Source of the DNA: a virus
Taxonomy: Duplodnaviria; Caudoviricetes
IMG/VR virus record: IMGVR_UViG_3300047457_000456
Span: 1-63,323 of that record
DNA length: 63,323 nt
Direction: 5' to 3' (one strand)
The notes beneath the pieces are model-generated. The model saw only the letters and a list, made by a program, of their open reading frames with translations, did not search any database and had not been told where the DNA came from. Both the position numbers and the translations under genes were made by a program. Shown here one piece after another: positions 28,001 to 37,104 of this stretch (its first letter is position 1; each line of letters opens with the position of its first letter).

Positions 28001-30272
28001 CATCATTCCACGTAAGTTGTTTATTAAATCCCTTAATTGTCTTAGGTATTAACTCAACATCAACACTAGTCTTTTTAATACCTGACGTAGTTGCGTCAAT
28101 TGTAACTGCAGCTTCTGCATCAACATCAGTAATGTCAATGGCAAATAACAATTCCGGATCAAGGCCAATTCGTCTGATGTTTCCATTTTCATCTTCAGTT
28201 ATGACTTCAGGAATCTGTAATCGCTGAACACGCCTATTTGCTTCATCAAGTACATCATCTTTAGACGGACTAGTGGCCTTAATCATTTGAGCCATAATCG
28301 TCTTGACATTATCGCGAGCTAAATTCTTTTCAGTGACACGGCTGTATTTTTCCATGCCAGACTTGGCTAAGATGTTATGCATAGCCTCATCATGTTTATT
28401 AGGTACAGGCATGCCAGCAGTATCTTGCTCGTCTGTGTCAAATCGTTTGGTACTTTGAATTTGTTTAATTAATTGAGGATCCCAAATTGGAGGTATCTTA
28501 CCCATTTGCTGATACGTTGGATTACCCTCAGCGTCAAATGCAAATGGTAACTCCGCGTCCGCATTGAATTTGCTTTTTTGATAATCCTCGAATGTAACAC
28601 CAGAGCGTGGATCCCAATCTGCTTTAGGAGCAGTCAACTTTTGTAATACTGTTATGTCGGAAGCAGAGGAAATTGGGCGACCAACGTTTTTCTCAAACCA
28701 CAAATTTAAATACGCAATAGCTTCGTCTTTGCTAAGTCCAGTTCTGTCTTGAACTGTTTTAAGTATTGGCAAATCGGTATATAACCCATCTAACGCAGCA
28801 TTATAAACTTTTTTAGCAGTGTAAATAGACTGAGCTTGCGCTGATAATTCTGGAAAAGCATTTGCAGCTTTGGCAATAATACTATTTTCAGCTGGCTTTA
28901 AAATTGCAGCACCAGCTAATACCTGTAACCATTCACCAGCATCAGGGGCTTCGTAACCTTCACCTGTTTTTGGATCGTATGGTTTGTATTTTGCCATTCC
29001 AGCTTTAACAACAGTCGGAACAGTGTTATATAAAGCCCACCCAATGTTTGACGGGACTTGACCTGATGTGTCCATTGCGTCAAGAGTTGATTTGACTGCA
29101 GACTTAAATGACTGTGTGACCGCAGAAGATGCAGGTAAACCAACCTGTGTAGCTGTAGCTTTTGCTGCAATTTGATTAGCTTTAATATTACGAATAGCAT
29201 CACGCCCCTGCTTTAAAGCAGCAACACCTTCGTTTAAAAAACCTTTAGTTCCAAATGCGCCAGCCTGAAATACGTTTCCAACTACGTTGACACCAGCGCG
29301 AGTAACTGGAGCTTTTTGTCTAGATACAGATTCTGCTTCTAAAAGTCTTTGTTTTAATGGGGAATCAGGTTGCCACGCTAATCCTGCTGATAGCGGATCA
29401 AACAAGTTATAACGCTGATCTTTTGTAAGCGTACTTGCAATCCCGCCAACAACTGGCATTGATTGAACAAGGCCACTTCCAAGAACTGGTTTTATGCCTA
29501 ACTTTGCAAAACGCTTAGAGGCAACACCACCAACACCACCTAAACCTAGCATGGTCAACGGATTAACCGCAACGTCAACTAAACCTGCGCCAAGTTCGGA
29601 TCCAACTGCTTCTGACTCTGTCTCTGGAGCTTGTATGTTTTTAGCCACATCTTCAACTGGTACATACTCAGTTGGCGCTGGGGTCATATCATCTGGATCA
29701 CGTATACCAAATGGTGCAATGACTTGTTGATCTTTAGGGAATAAGTTAGTAGGTGTAGCAACTCCCTTGATAGTTTTAGTTGGACCAAGAGCCTGTACTT
29801 TTATCCCAGTATTGACAAGACCTTTACCTAATCCAGACCAAATTTCAGAGCCTAATTCAGGTACTGCTTTAAATCCTTCAATAATTGGATTAGCAGGAGC
29901 TTGCGCCATAGCTGTCTTGGCAGTTTGCCGTCGTAGATTTAATGATTCAAGAACATTTTCAACGTCACTAGATGGCTTATAGATTCCCTGCTGAACAAAC
30001 TCAATGTGAGTAAGTGGCTTACCATTAGGCTTAGTTAATGCAATGCCGTTACGCGTAACAGGTGTGCGAGATAGAGATGTAAGAGCTTTCTGATAATCAG
30101 CTAATCGTTCTGCATATCCACGGTCGTCAATAAGTCCACTTTTACGAGCTTCATTTAAGACAGTAGGAGTGTTATTAACGATGGATGCCATCTGCCGTAT
30201 GCCCTTACGTTTGAGCTTACGAGCAGTATCATAGTTAGCCAACCATCGTTTGAGATTAGGGTCTACTGCCAT
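19047..30272 (-). CDS. Giant (3741 aa) putative internal virion/ejection protein with zincin-like HExxH
   Basis: Uninterrupted ORF, last of the morphogenesis cluster; HEVTH at 24306-24320. Confidence 0.7.
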   Translation of the reverse strand: MAVDPNLKRWLANYDTARKLKRKGIRQMASIVNNTPTVLNEARKSGLIDDRGYAERLADYQKALTSLSRTPVTRNGIALTKPNGKPLTHIEFVQQGIYKPSSDVENVLESLNLRRQTAKTAMAQAPANPIIEGFKAVPELGSEIWSGLGKGLVNTGIKVQALGPTKTIKGVATPTNLFPKDQQVIAPFGIRDPDDMTPAPTEYVPVEDVAKNIQAPETESEAVGSELGAGLVDVAVNPLTMLGLGGVGGVASKRFAKLGIKPVLGSGLVQSMPVVGGIASTLTKDQRYNLFDPLSAGLAWQPDSPLKQRLLEAESVSRQKAPVTRAGVNVVGNVFQAGAFGTKGFLNEGVAALKQGRDAIRNIKANQIAAKATATQVGLPASSAVTQSFKSAVKSTLDAMDTSGQVPSNIGWALYNTVPTVVKAGMAKYKPYDPKTGEGYEAPDAGEWLQVLAGAAILKPAENSIIAKAANAFPELSAQAQSIYTAKKVYNAALDGLYTDLPILKTVQDRTGLSKDEAIAYLNLWFEKNVGRPISSASDITVLQKLTAPKADWDPRSGVTFEDYQKSKFNADAELPFAFDAEGNPTYQQMGKIPPIWDPQLIKQIQSTKRFDTDEQDTAGMPVPNKHDEAMHNILAKSGMEKYSRVTEKNLARDNVKTIMAQMIKATSPSKDDVLDEANRRVQRLQIPEVITEDENGNIRRIGLDPELLFAIDITDVDAEAAVTIDATTSGIKKTSVDVELIPKTIKGFNKQLTWNDVKAGMRYSVKGFDVGGVYVMAQPIGSQDPSTARTVLLGREPLQKILPKSELGTRILQEVESAMTAGGNPLQDRVDAVLLDAAQKRADVRDFPQSVNINGKQFNARYLGQEGDFTWFQLPSGAVIRQIKASRAGAIMRDKPLEPLTGLSSSARIYGWSATLLDQARNTIPDYLDVLLNKKDVTSLVRIHLTDVDQKAIKRLRENYNSELIPEQGKRAPNPDDLRKKYEDKIRNYILKLNKQGSDEPTINYLGMEQPIKVGDVVLIRSYQEGTDLKRVTPLREESKRAVVVSVSENGVGVKLAGRFDDPTSLIHSSLLVPADVQRLSTDDVFNLANLDDEALATAGPFKRQTAEQRKANEEMRAADEARSKERTEQQKANEFLSQIADIDEVFAASSADKLTRVNSAEEASVILRRIQERRRLTPRQYGDIIFTALQNSTLDSHDHIVQAVLSEPATDVTNTSSVIRQNEAINGLRRWLTAGEIGFIADDASEILFSNPVPRTQIQRELTLSDINTVANYALRTWKTGKLETHVGNVLKNTRSYAGLAPDVQKPIAERIILRVKQMGSIDVGLSAILQRLPKQNDNAWKYVSKLSTDQQLDLLVRLTESEQFFDPKSEMNQSIETFNTAIKAIAGEPTFKSMPAIKSGSYMDIVRTTVDSRAKVAQRMLVDSANTYSADRDPATIDSQAVKYFVDNLPEAERIQFVNRLLGGLSDGAREQIGTYLTETNKISGDLSLKDLIDFAKTNKLRNLTDLQNAADALARGVTAQIASMRSARTDNLDTDTGLASFNEWFDVLEEVPDYFNNTELQEMLVSNRDKYAQELEQNGFGEFMATFIEDLTNVFKSDAMKNESVAALAETARDQAKKTFEMVNANQAKRMSVLEKIDGGTEAVLADNETGLGNERPAPQTRRSDFAEMQEAITKLAEIAVDNVDTKRPPATVSKEDVVAMRKSLRETAQWLRQYGNTNISALDFILPLPGKARGGAAFLEGSIADSARISGDRETWRVGPDGEVVLTKWGATNRVGMAQVFKKTLGLASNASDQARALVSSMAEDLALLWDMNARSYAMRVMDHELQFGNVEAGDFYARVLKAVRDSATNPNDAAIIDQIIDYVKANHTLLEFDGKGNPKSIVKRLFSGINGAFGDNLSEFLQTHRLAQLTNDFYTLNARLLSSGVNPADFTVGSNIRGAEAFIHRVHPISEDVSRNVVNMVLHLNRTSNAGRNAFALAHEVTHGVYHTMPWKQKYELANNALAWATENYKLKSQGKDGAIRRAYKALKDEAAVVAEAKETMSKSDYELRYEVDIADRDSVTYSDPVINEIVVAYLTNMALSSPQVFAGTDNWAYSAAASSAFRSFGNRLGAAIRFMNETLDYGAVDVTRSNVIARWTLGGDSFYGRDDKGRVSHQPLEKGWLIRLAVGDETEMSKYLTPLTEANGQFKTAGSLTKTDRIDVSGTRFASIFNRAFGKSYRDVSVEVEELVYAPPSKYQTAVRNVRLVEASPTKITDISNVQNINYSAVEQVVDNGVQLKYRVLEDGKVVTRNVDMNKGNFAYVVSMKDGDKVYKFLLKPEALAGFGTRVSGYSNEAFSKQSSAIIYSLYGGTRKMVDALAGRSAYDEVATAEAMLAATLNSDIVDMDNVLGGKPRAASKGFDPEDFNDPAVEASGVNARQQIYKDGITNELEWGNALIEGLKDAQGADVRPQFIALQNTFNNLRLSLFGGSADGMALSGGSNKTNATFYGRKDSNGYLSTPDIYLVGNGQSDVRIGFRQQIAGDLLLLADGLGNGNVANGLALMSKAARESRGIQDFTNRMIALGVDAADLDALLQSRSIDYRKEGVVTSGNRVFKVIDNFAAIKELLQNNLPFGYSETINGPIDGRQIFDYLSRLTESDDTNLANVRNQNIILSHIMKRYIDLGQQTGVTSMTDLLTKLQNPLGQDSSVYKDFVSFAQRMNADAAFRARALREWRKYELVDVTQKRGTTPWLIISEVSDANLSPEQRAALATVKKPEGLKPYYAVNPDDGRVVLAERNQVDGSWVFSDRPLSKTSETGTSLFKATAMISDSAGKYGQLSDDERLFGAVSQTQDGEYYPTETYVYLSPQDTTKPHSILPKDFLDPKTNLLVGGSESLTALSAAMKSTQDPNQPDSQIITIALPHRNEYVGGKVDMPSKFRNLNDILSAFKNPVPGELVTLRTLEVLWDKNQDAWRIRDRGIPFTEDAVMNRKLGLGGLLASDQSNAAGISLPEVHIAKILVKKAMNENAPIAEKLRTVTGQERKGANGKVLSKGRTIASKLDDADETWGLTLFSNGFSQRDIEMLRNNPNPDDIGQLVKEAMEPDPDVDFANLLDEDPSMDPDRIEVSVDANGAKNIKAGSNAAKTITKLGKGAQVAANGIGQGLLEIDSLVRIAKLSRDLSAMANQSYLNANWLGDFMSLASGKRPPMMSSVALSIIGMAPNLPSLKQSIANPRHALAQAGDTAFGDKAVHLAIETVLNFVPDLSLEDMQAYGLSLDYLKHFNLFKEALGENPDIRKEDIPLNSRFDDMLGEGHITAVFKKIAPGLSAFERTNVIYKDLAKIMAFQDEYQNVIKVGRPADFVGTQEQFQQRLLKDIAWSVNLLGGNDQGQFSNSDQLNKVQSAFSKLFFSAPYTKTRMVLTPGVGHILLGAKQLVNKGFELSGSNTRINTQTEQRVLMGSPEFSGYANAYIKRKFYTGFASSLVGPLGWRLLKLLAFGKAVATVLEDSDEKPDKFKFIADTATDALSGMMTFEHKGKTYSSSMPGALGRMTRQTLRPTKIGDAGIATTMQWYLTQYVENAMSPLLSLLKTGISGKDYIGRAAFENSLGYREMRKKALESYGNIPLVGEILRMSPPEISRFATELVFTINELSQMNSIEDDIDLQRAIMGEELYFIDDKNYESMPALAAANLIGLNLNVTDQYEKAWLDARSDGGTNRSKLKEMRKSAKYRNIIDVLGDSGVSGVLTGFGEGGVNK

Positions 30273-30290
30273 GTATCAAAACTCCATTTA

Positions 30291-32144
30291 TTAAAAACCA
30301 GACGGTGGATCATCTATGCCCGGTGTCGGACTTGCTTCAGGTGACTCATTATTATACGGAATAAAATCTCCAGCCTGTGGGCCAACATTTGCCCTTAACC
30401 GCATAGCAATAATAGGGTTTCTAACAGATGACACTGGATCAAATGAAATAAACGCAGAATAGAATTTACCGGGATCAGGTACTAGTTTACGCAACGAACT
30501 TTGTTGTGACAATATTTTAGCTCTTATCTGTCGTGCTTCGTCAACTATCTGTTGTTGTTTATATGTTTCCGTTGCCGAATTGCCAGCCCATTCTTTCCAT
30601 TTGACAGGATAATCTTTTTTAGTTTTTCGTAGCGCTGTTTCGTTTTCCTGTATAAGCTTGTCTAATTCAATAAGTTCACCTCTACCAAATTGCGTTACAG
30701 CAGATACGCGTCCACCTATTCCTTTAAACGGATCTACTGTTTTATTTCCGCGAGATCCACCACTTTGATAGTATGCAATCTTAGCCTTAAGTTCACTAAT
30801 AGTAAGTGGTCGGTATGTCTTCTTGTATGCTGCTTCCTCCTTAGCCTCAACTAAGGCAGCTTTCTTTGTTTCTGCATCCATTAATGCTGTGCGTAATGCT
30901 GTCGGAACATCAGCCTTATCACCAATTGATCCAAGTAACATGCTTTCCGTAGATGCAAGAATAGACGCTGCTGATTCAGGACTAGAAATTGCAAGTTGCC
31001 TAGCATATCTATCAGTAAATCTTTTAAACACATTTGGATCTGATATATACCGATAATATTTTTCATTAAAATTAGCATCTAATGGATCAACATTAAAAGT
31101 ACGCGTTACGTAATCTTCATATGCAGTAAGCATCTTTCCTGCAGCTTCTTGTTCATCAGCAGTCAAGAACATATCAGGGGATTCTGGATAAACTCTTTGC
31201 CGTACTCCACGCGGAGGTAAAACAGGTGGTTTATACGGAGGAGGTAATGGTTTGCCGTCTTTGCCAAGCATTACTTTTCCGTTTTTATCTACTCTTATAG
31301 TCTGACTAAGCGGATAATCATTTGGGTTTCTACTTGGTGGTTTAACTGCTCCAATGCCAGCAGAAGCAGTTACACCTACACCTAATGAAGCAGGTGCCAG
31401 TAAACGTAATGGATCAATGCCAGCTGGCTCGGCTGCAGCCACTTGTGTTGCTGGTGCAACTGGACCAGCTTGCATGCCAACTTTTGTTGGTTCTTCACCC
31501 GGAGGAGGTGGAGGTGGAGCTGGCTTAGTACCTTTACTCCCAGCTTGTGCATCTTTCAGCGCCTTAATAGCATCTGCCTGTGATAGCGGAGCTGTAAATT
31601 CTATAGGCGCACCAAATATTGTTTCGTCAAATCCATACGATGGATCTACATACTTCAATAATGTTTTTTGCTTTGCTAATTCTTGTTCATATTCTGTCTG
31701 AGCTTTAGTGAGATCGTTAGTAATTTTTAAGTAATCAGCACGGCTGTATGCTGCTGGACGCGACTTAGCTGTGTTATAGGCTGTCTGGGCTGCAGTATAT
31801 GCTGATTTAGCTTTAGCAACAGGATCTAAAAATCCTTTTGCAGCATCAGTTTTTGCGCCAGACAACTGCAAGTCTTGTATTCTTTTTGCTCGTTCTTCGG
31901 CAGCCTTTGCTCTTTCGTTAGCTTCCTTTTCTAAATCAAATCGAACACCAGCTCGCTCTGCTTCTTTTCTCTGAATACCTAATTGCTCACCTTGTAATTG
32001 ACGAGCATTAATAAGAGCCTCATTTTCACGAGCCTGATTCATTTGTTGCATACGCATCTGCTGGACTTGTTGTTGTGCTTGCTGTTGTGGAGTAAGTAGC
32101 GATTGCATTCCAGCGATAAACGCTTGTGGGTTAAATCTTGCCAT
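30291..32144 (-). CDS. Putative internal virion/ejection protein
   Basis: Q/A-rich coiled-coil N-terminus, Pro-rich linker; lies between pilot-like and giant genes. Confidence 0.6.
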   Translation of the reverse strand: MARFNPQAFIAGMQSLLTPQQQAQQQVQQMRMQQMNQARENEALINARQLQGEQLGIQRKEAERAGVRFDLEKEANERAKAAEERAKRIQDLQLSGAKTDAAKGFLDPVAKAKSAYTAAQTAYNTAKSRPAAYSRADYLKITNDLTKAQTEYEQELAKQKTLLKYVDPSYGFDETIFGAPIEFTAPLSQADAIKALKDAQAGSKGTKPAPPPPPPGEEPTKVGMQAGPVAPATQVAAAEPAGIDPLRLLAPASLGVGVTASAGIGAVKPPSRNPNDYPLSQTIRVDKNGKVMLGKDGKPLPPPYKPPVLPPRGVRQRVYPESPDMFLTADEQEAAGKMLTAYEDYVTRTFNVDPLDANFNEKYYRYISDPNVFKRFTDRYARQLAISSPESAASILASTESMLLGSIGDKADVPTALRTALMDAETKKAALVEAKEEAAYKKTYRPLTISELKAKIAYYQSGGSRGNKTVDPFKGIGGRVSAVTQFGRGELIELDKLIQENETALRKTKKDYPVKWKEWAGNSATETYKQQQIVDEARQIRAKILSQQSSLRKLVPDPGKFYSAFISFDPVSSVRNPIIAMRLRANVGPQAGDFIPYNNESPEASPTPGIDDPPSGF

Positions 32145-32146
32145 TA

Positions 32147-32980
32147 TTATTTCACCTTAAACTGCCCTTGCGGACTTTGGAACAATGCACCATTCCTACT
32201 TCCACCAGTCTGAGGGATATAGCCAATAGCACCAATACTTCCAAGCCTACTCAAGAAGTCACTGTTAGATTTTTCCTGAGCTGCAAGTTGTTTATTAATT
32301 GCACGTTCGCCAGCTTTCTGGCCAAAGTATCCACCGACTGCCTGCCCAAGTCCTGCAGTTAATGCAGTCTGCTCATCTTCTGCTTGCTGATTGAATGCAT
32401 TCATCTGGTTCATAATGTTCATTCGATTAGCAAAGTTTTGATCTTGACCACCCATAGCAGACTGTTGAAGATTAAGGCCTTGGCCATACATTCCACCAGC
32501 AAGCTGTTGCGCTGCAGCAAGACGACCCGGCTGTTGCAACTCGTAGTTACTTGCAAACTGTCCAATGTTTCCAGCAATAGCGTTATCTACAGACCGCTGT
32601 GCTGCACCCGACATACCAGCTTCAATACCACCACCAAGTCCTCGTGCGTTAGCTGCACGTGTAGCAGCTGCCGATGCAGCATCTCCTTGCTGTTGTAATA
32701 TGGAAGACGCAGCACCTGTACCTCTAAAAATATCTGTTGCTGTTAATGGTTTGTTTGCTGCCTCAATAGACATGTCTGTCATCTTCTGCATAGTAGGAGC
32801 ATAGCGATTAGCCATGTCCTCACCACGCTTAAGCATTGAGTCATAGTAACGATCACGTGATCGCGACCTATTTAATGCAGCATACTGCTCGGCTTCAAAT
32901 GGATTGCGACGCTTTTTAACTAATCCACCTAAAAACTGTGAACCTACGTTTGCGATAAGACCTAGTGTTGCGGGATCCAT
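32147..32980 (-). CDS. DNA pilot/ejection-like protein
   Basis: MDPATLGLIA..GG N-terminus; G/A/Q-rich helical; follows nozzle gene. Confidence 0.6.
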   Translation of the reverse strand: MDPATLGLIANVGSQFLGGLVKKRRNPFEAEQYAALNRSRSRDRYYDSMLKRGEDMANRYAPTMQKMTDMSIEAANKPLTATDIFRGTGAASSILQQQGDAASAAATRAANARGLGGGIEAGMSGAAQRSVDNAIAGNIGQFASNYELQQPGRLAAAQQLAGGMYGQGLNLQQSAMGGQDQNFANRMNIMNQMNAFNQQAEDEQTALTAGLGQAVGGYFGQKAGERAINKQLAAQEKSNSDFLSRLGSIGAIGYIPQTGGSRNGALFQSPQGQFKVK

Positions 32981-32995
32981 AGTACCTCCAGTTTA

Positions 32996-33457
32996 CTACA
33001 CAACGGGCTTTGCCAACATGGCAATCCATCGTGGTTGTTTATTGACATCTAATACTGCTAAGAAACGGACTGTTTCCCATTGTTTAGTTAATCCAGTCCA
33101 TGTAGTGTAGTAGTTAATTAAGTCTGATCCAGTTGGTGTAAAGGTAATTGCATTAACTGTAGCATCTACCTTAATACACTCAACAGAACGACCAATACAA
33201 CTAGCTGCCGTTGGTAATGTAATTACAAATGCTGCTGTATTTGCATCACACAATATAATTGCAGGACTTGTTGGCACAGTCATCGCTGCTGTAGCAAAGT
33301 AAGTCCCTGTATAACTTGCTGTATATGGTACAGTTTCTGTCCCACGAAAGTTCTGAGTTACAGTACCAACGGAAGTCTTTCCCGGTCCACGTAATTTTCT
33401 GTCCGGGGGTAAACTGTTGCCTCCTTCAATTGGAGAAAATCCAGAAATAATTGGCAT
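32996..33457 (-). CDS. Small tail-associated beta protein
   Basis: ILCDA...ITLPTAA..GR...IKVD pattern typical of phage fibre beta domains. Confidence 0.55.
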   Translation of the reverse strand: MPIISGFSPIEGGNSLPPDRKLRGPGKTSVGTVTQNFRGTETVPYTASYTGTYFATAAMTVPTSPAIILCDANTAAFVITLPTAASCIGRSVECIKVDATVNAITFTPTGSDLINYYTTWTGLTKQWETVRFLAVLDVNKQPRWIAMLAKPVV

Positions 33458-33459
33458 AC

Positions 33460-36400
33460 TTAACTCCTTGGCGTGTTACCTTCAGTTGTTGTTACATGGA
33501 AGCCATGTATCAAAAATGGAATTTGAGATGCACCACTAAGTTCTACGTTAAACGTTTGCCTATCTGCAGTGCGCGATATTTGCCGCAAAGACACAACTTT
33601 TTCAGAATTGGCTGGCCATACATAAGAAGAGCCAGTAGTGTAGTCGTTCATGCCTCTTAGTAACCAGTTGACATTTAGAGTTGAACTTGCATGTTGGTTT
33701 TCAATGTGTAAGTTTAAGCTGTGAATCTTGTTGGCACTATAGTACATACTGCCTTCAGCAAATGTTTGGCCATAAGCTCGCGATATGACATTCCATTGAA
33801 TATTAGTTAGCGTCCTAGATCCATTAGCTGCACTATAAGTGCCATCTGCAAATCCTTGGAATCGATACAATCGACCATCTCGTCCACCAGCATATAACTC
33901 TTGTGTGTCATCTGCAGCCTCTACTGACACAATGCTTGTAAATGCAGTTGGATTCGTCCAGTTGACCCATCCATTATTTCGTGTATCAAATACGTAACAC
34001 CTAGTACATGTCTGAGATGATGTTTCAGAAACAGTTGGAGCTAACACCATAAGTCGTCGATCGTGCTCATGAAAGACAATGTCAGCATATGCTTGTGGGT
34101 TAATGTAGTTAGCATATCCAGCTGGGGTAAAGTCTTGGCTACGCATATTGAGTAGCCCTTCTAAAGGTAAACCAATTGGGGATAACTTAGTACCAGTCAT
34201 TTCCGCAATACCTGAACTAGTGGTCAACATTAACCGCCCATTGACAGTACACGTTCCTCGCTTGGCTACTAATCCATTTCCTTGACCTTGCAGATATCCT
34301 TGACTTGCAAAGTTAGTTGGATCATCTCCAGTAAGTAAATACAAGCTATGCTCACGCATGATTGCTAATGCGTTAGCTGTGCTTGTGTCACGCATTAATC
34401 CATCACCAGCAATTGGAACCATAGCTTGAATAACTTCTTCGTCATTCTTACTGCTGATAGTAAAACTAGCTCCTTTTATTGATGCCTCAACATCTTCTGG
34501 TAGTACAAGTTCAGTTGTATATAAGCCGTACTCATTACTCCTGTCTAATAACCAAGAAGCGTAAATGGTATTTTCTTTTACAGCAAACAGTCTATTATTG
34601 AATGAAGCTAATACAGAACATCCTACAGGGAATTGATCTCGTCCAGTTTTAAATCTATGACCACGAGTCCCAGCTCCATTATCAAACAATAATGCGGAGT
34701 CCTGCACTTGATCAACAAACGTAATCTCACGTGTCACAGAATCAGTTATAGATGCGGTAGCCCCCGTCCATTTAGTTCCGTCAGTGTACGCATTGCCTGT
34801 ATCTAAATCAATTACAGCAACAAGTCGTGGAATATTGTCACCAAACAACACGTTCTTGCGATAAATAAGTGCGTACTTATATTCACAGTTAGTAACAGGT
34901 CTTCTTAGGTCAGCTGTATGCAGGCGTAATGTAACTTGATTTACAGCTGCGGTTATAGTGACATCAGCACTAAACTGCGTTGGGGCTGTCTCAAATCCGT
35001 TATTTCCCGGAAACTCAGGTGCAGTACTCCATGCGTTACCAGTAGTTGCCGTTGGTGCGCTTGGTAAAGTGTATGGCTTCCAAAGCGTGTACATGTATGA
35101 GTACTTGCTATTCGGAGTTAATGCACCCTGCCTTGTAACTTCTCCAAAGCTGATAAACCATTCATCTGTTCTGATGTCAGTTAGATCAAAGTCAACTCTA
35201 AAGTACAGATATCTGACATCCTTGCGGAATGCCTGAGATATAGGAAACAATTGGAATGTCAAGTAACCTTTATCTTTGTCGTATGTACATTGACCAGTCC
35301 ACTCTGTCTTACTACCATTTCTCATTCCTAGACTAAATGGTGGAACGCTTGCATTAATAGACTCTGGGAATGATGCCCGAATACTTAATGATTCAGATTC
35401 AGTAAATTGATAATTTGCCCCAAGGTCAATCTTGATATATTCGTTAGCTAGATATTGAGCATAGTTCTCAACTGGCGCTAAGGCATTAAAAGTCGTGTTC
35501 TCCTGTTTAGCTACGAGCTTTGCTAACTTGTTAGGGTCATCTTGTTGAGACGCTACAGCAACAGTACTGTTAATAGCGTGTAGAGAAACATCTTCAAGTA
35601 AAACATAACTGTCGCCACCACGATGAAATGCTGTGCTGATACGTACCTGCAATCCTGTAAGGATCTTGTCGTATTCTCTAAAATCAACAAGTACCTCAAA
35701 CCGCTGCCAGTCATTAGCTGTTCGAGCAGCGCCGGGTTGACAGTTGTAATAAACCTCCGCACCAGATATTAGGTTAGTTCCAGCAAACGCCGTAGTCGCT
35801 GTTTCCTTCATTCCCTGAATGCGCACATCCATGCTGTTACCGCTAATAAAATTGGTAAGGTCGTCTTCATTCCAAAGGTACAGCGTTAACACGTACATGC
35901 CGCAGTTTCTAATTACTTTGTATGTTTGATTAGATGTTGCGCCAGAAAGAGAAACCACAGATCCGACTAACGTACTATCAGTAGTAATCTTAAACTGCGT
36001 AGCGGAAACTACAGTGTGAACGTAATAAATGACTGTTGTTGATAATCCACCAACAGCAGCCGAGAACATAACCTTTTGACCACGACTTAATCCATGGCCT
36101 CCGGTGACAACGAATGTATCTAATGCGCCAGCAATAACAGAGTATGTAATCAACTCGCTATCGTCTGTAAGATTTATATTACGAACATCAATATCCTGAA
36201 AAACAAAATCTTGTATTTGATCTAACTTAAGACACCTCTGCGTGGCTTGTCCATCACGAGTGATAATCATGTCCTGTGGGTTTTTTGCTGAACTTGCAAA
36301 TACATTAAATGTGTTGCTACCAACAGTCTTTGTACCACTGGTTATATATTGAACATCGGCAGTGTTGTAGTTCCATTGTCCAAATCCAGATGCTGTAGAA

Positions 36401-37104
36401 GATGAAAAATTTCCATTGGTTATTAAAGTCCCAAACAGTGTTGCACTTAATGAACTAAATCCGGACGTTTGAATTGGCGCAGTGTTTGTGTTGCTAATTT
36501 GCGGGTCACTCATGACGCGCAATGGGCTGGTTGTAGCAAGTGGCTTAATATCTTTAAGTTGAGTGTTTGCTAGAACTGGAATTTGTTCTGCCTCTACAGA
36601 AGATCCGTTCATACGTACACGGAACATAGGATTGGAAGCACCACTAACACCATAGATGTATTGTCCGTGTTTCACCATACGAACGTTATTGGCATTACCA
36701 ATGTTTATTGGAGATCCAGTCCACCTATCGTTTAACACAACTGGCTGATTGGCGGTTGTGAGTGGAGTAGATGTATACGCTGATGTGTCGTATGCATACA
36801 CGTTAGACCCACTGGCAAAAATTAAACGACTTGCTTGACCACTGTCTTTTAAAACAGACAACTCTCGTATAAGGTTGCCCGTTGAGTAGTTATAATCTGG
36901 ACCAGACGGATTGAACCAAACGCTTAGCCATCCATTTCGTGGACGCAAAACATTTCCGTAAACAAATAAATTCTGCAATGACTGAAAGAAGTTTTGCTCT
37001 AACTTGTTTGACCTATTGTAAGTGTCAATCCCCGTAAAGGATCTATCTCCAATTGTAAATGCCTGTTGATTGTTTGATACTTGTCGTAATGCCATTATGA
37101 ACAT
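33460..37104 (-). CDS. Tail nozzle / tubular protein B-like with large insertions
   Basis: F.GID N-terminus, propeller-like repeats (FNNRLF, LYLLTG.DP.NF, VFDTR..GW, LYAGG.DG.LY); true start may be 37095. Confidence 0.65.
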   Translation of the reverse strand: MFIMALRQVSNNQQAFTIGDRSFTGIDTYNRSNKLEQNFFQSLQNLFVYGNVLRPRNGWLSVWFNPSGPDYNYSTGNLIRELSVLKDSGQASRLIFASGSNVYAYDTSAYTSTPLTTANQPVVLNDRWTGSPINIGNANNVRMVKHGQYIYGVSGASNPMFRVRMNGSSVEAEQIPVLANTQLKDIKPLATTSPLRVMSDPQISNTNTAPIQTSGFSSLSATLFGTLITNGNFSSSTASGFGQWNYNTADVQYITSGTKTVGSNTFNVFASSAKNPQDMIITRDGQATQRCLKLDQIQDFVFQDIDVRNINLTDDSELITYSVIAGALDTFVVTGGHGLSRGQKVMFSAAVGGLSTTVIYYVHTVVSATQFKITTDSTLVGSVVSLSGATSNQTYKVIRNCGMYVLTLYLWNEDDLTNFISGNSMDVRIQGMKETATTAFAGTNLISGAEVYYNCQPGAARTANDWQRFEVLVDFREYDKILTGLQVRISTAFHRGGDSYVLLEDVSLHAINSTVAVASQQDDPNKLAKLVAKQENTTFNALAPVENYAQYLANEYIKIDLGANYQFTESESLSIRASFPESINASVPPFSLGMRNGSKTEWTGQCTYDKDKGYLTFQLFPISQAFRKDVRYLYFRVDFDLTDIRTDEWFISFGEVTRQGALTPNSKYSYMYTLWKPYTLPSAPTATTGNAWSTAPEFPGNNGFETAPTQFSADVTITAAVNQVTLRLHTADLRRPVTNCEYKYALIYRKNVLFGDNIPRLVAVIDLDTGNAYTDGTKWTGATASITDSVTREITFVDQVQDSALLFDNGAGTRGHRFKTGRDQFPVGCSVLASFNNRLFAVKENTIYASWLLDRSNEYGLYTTELVLPEDVEASIKGASFTISSKNDEEVIQAMVPIAGDGLMRDTSTANALAIMREHSLYLLTGDDPTNFASQGYLQGQGNGLVAKRGTCTVNGRLMLTTSSGIAEMTGTKLSPIGLPLEGLLNMRSQDFTPAGYANYINPQAYADIVFHEHDRRLMVLAPTVSETSSQTCTRCYVFDTRNNGWVNWTNPTAFTSIVSVEAADDTQELYAGGRDGRLYRFQGFADGTYSAANGSRTLTNIQWNVISRAYGQTFAEGSMYYSANKIHSLNLHIENQHASSTLNVNWLLRGMNDYTTGSSYVWPANSEKVVSLRQISRTADRQTFNVELSGASQIPFLIHGFHVTTTEGNTPRS

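Noticed and set aside
19047-30272. Virion RNA polymerase (N4- or crAss-like) or tape measure protein
   Set aside because: No DxDGD or T7-type polymerase motifs seen; no tape-measure repeats, tail tube or chaperone frameshift genes recognised
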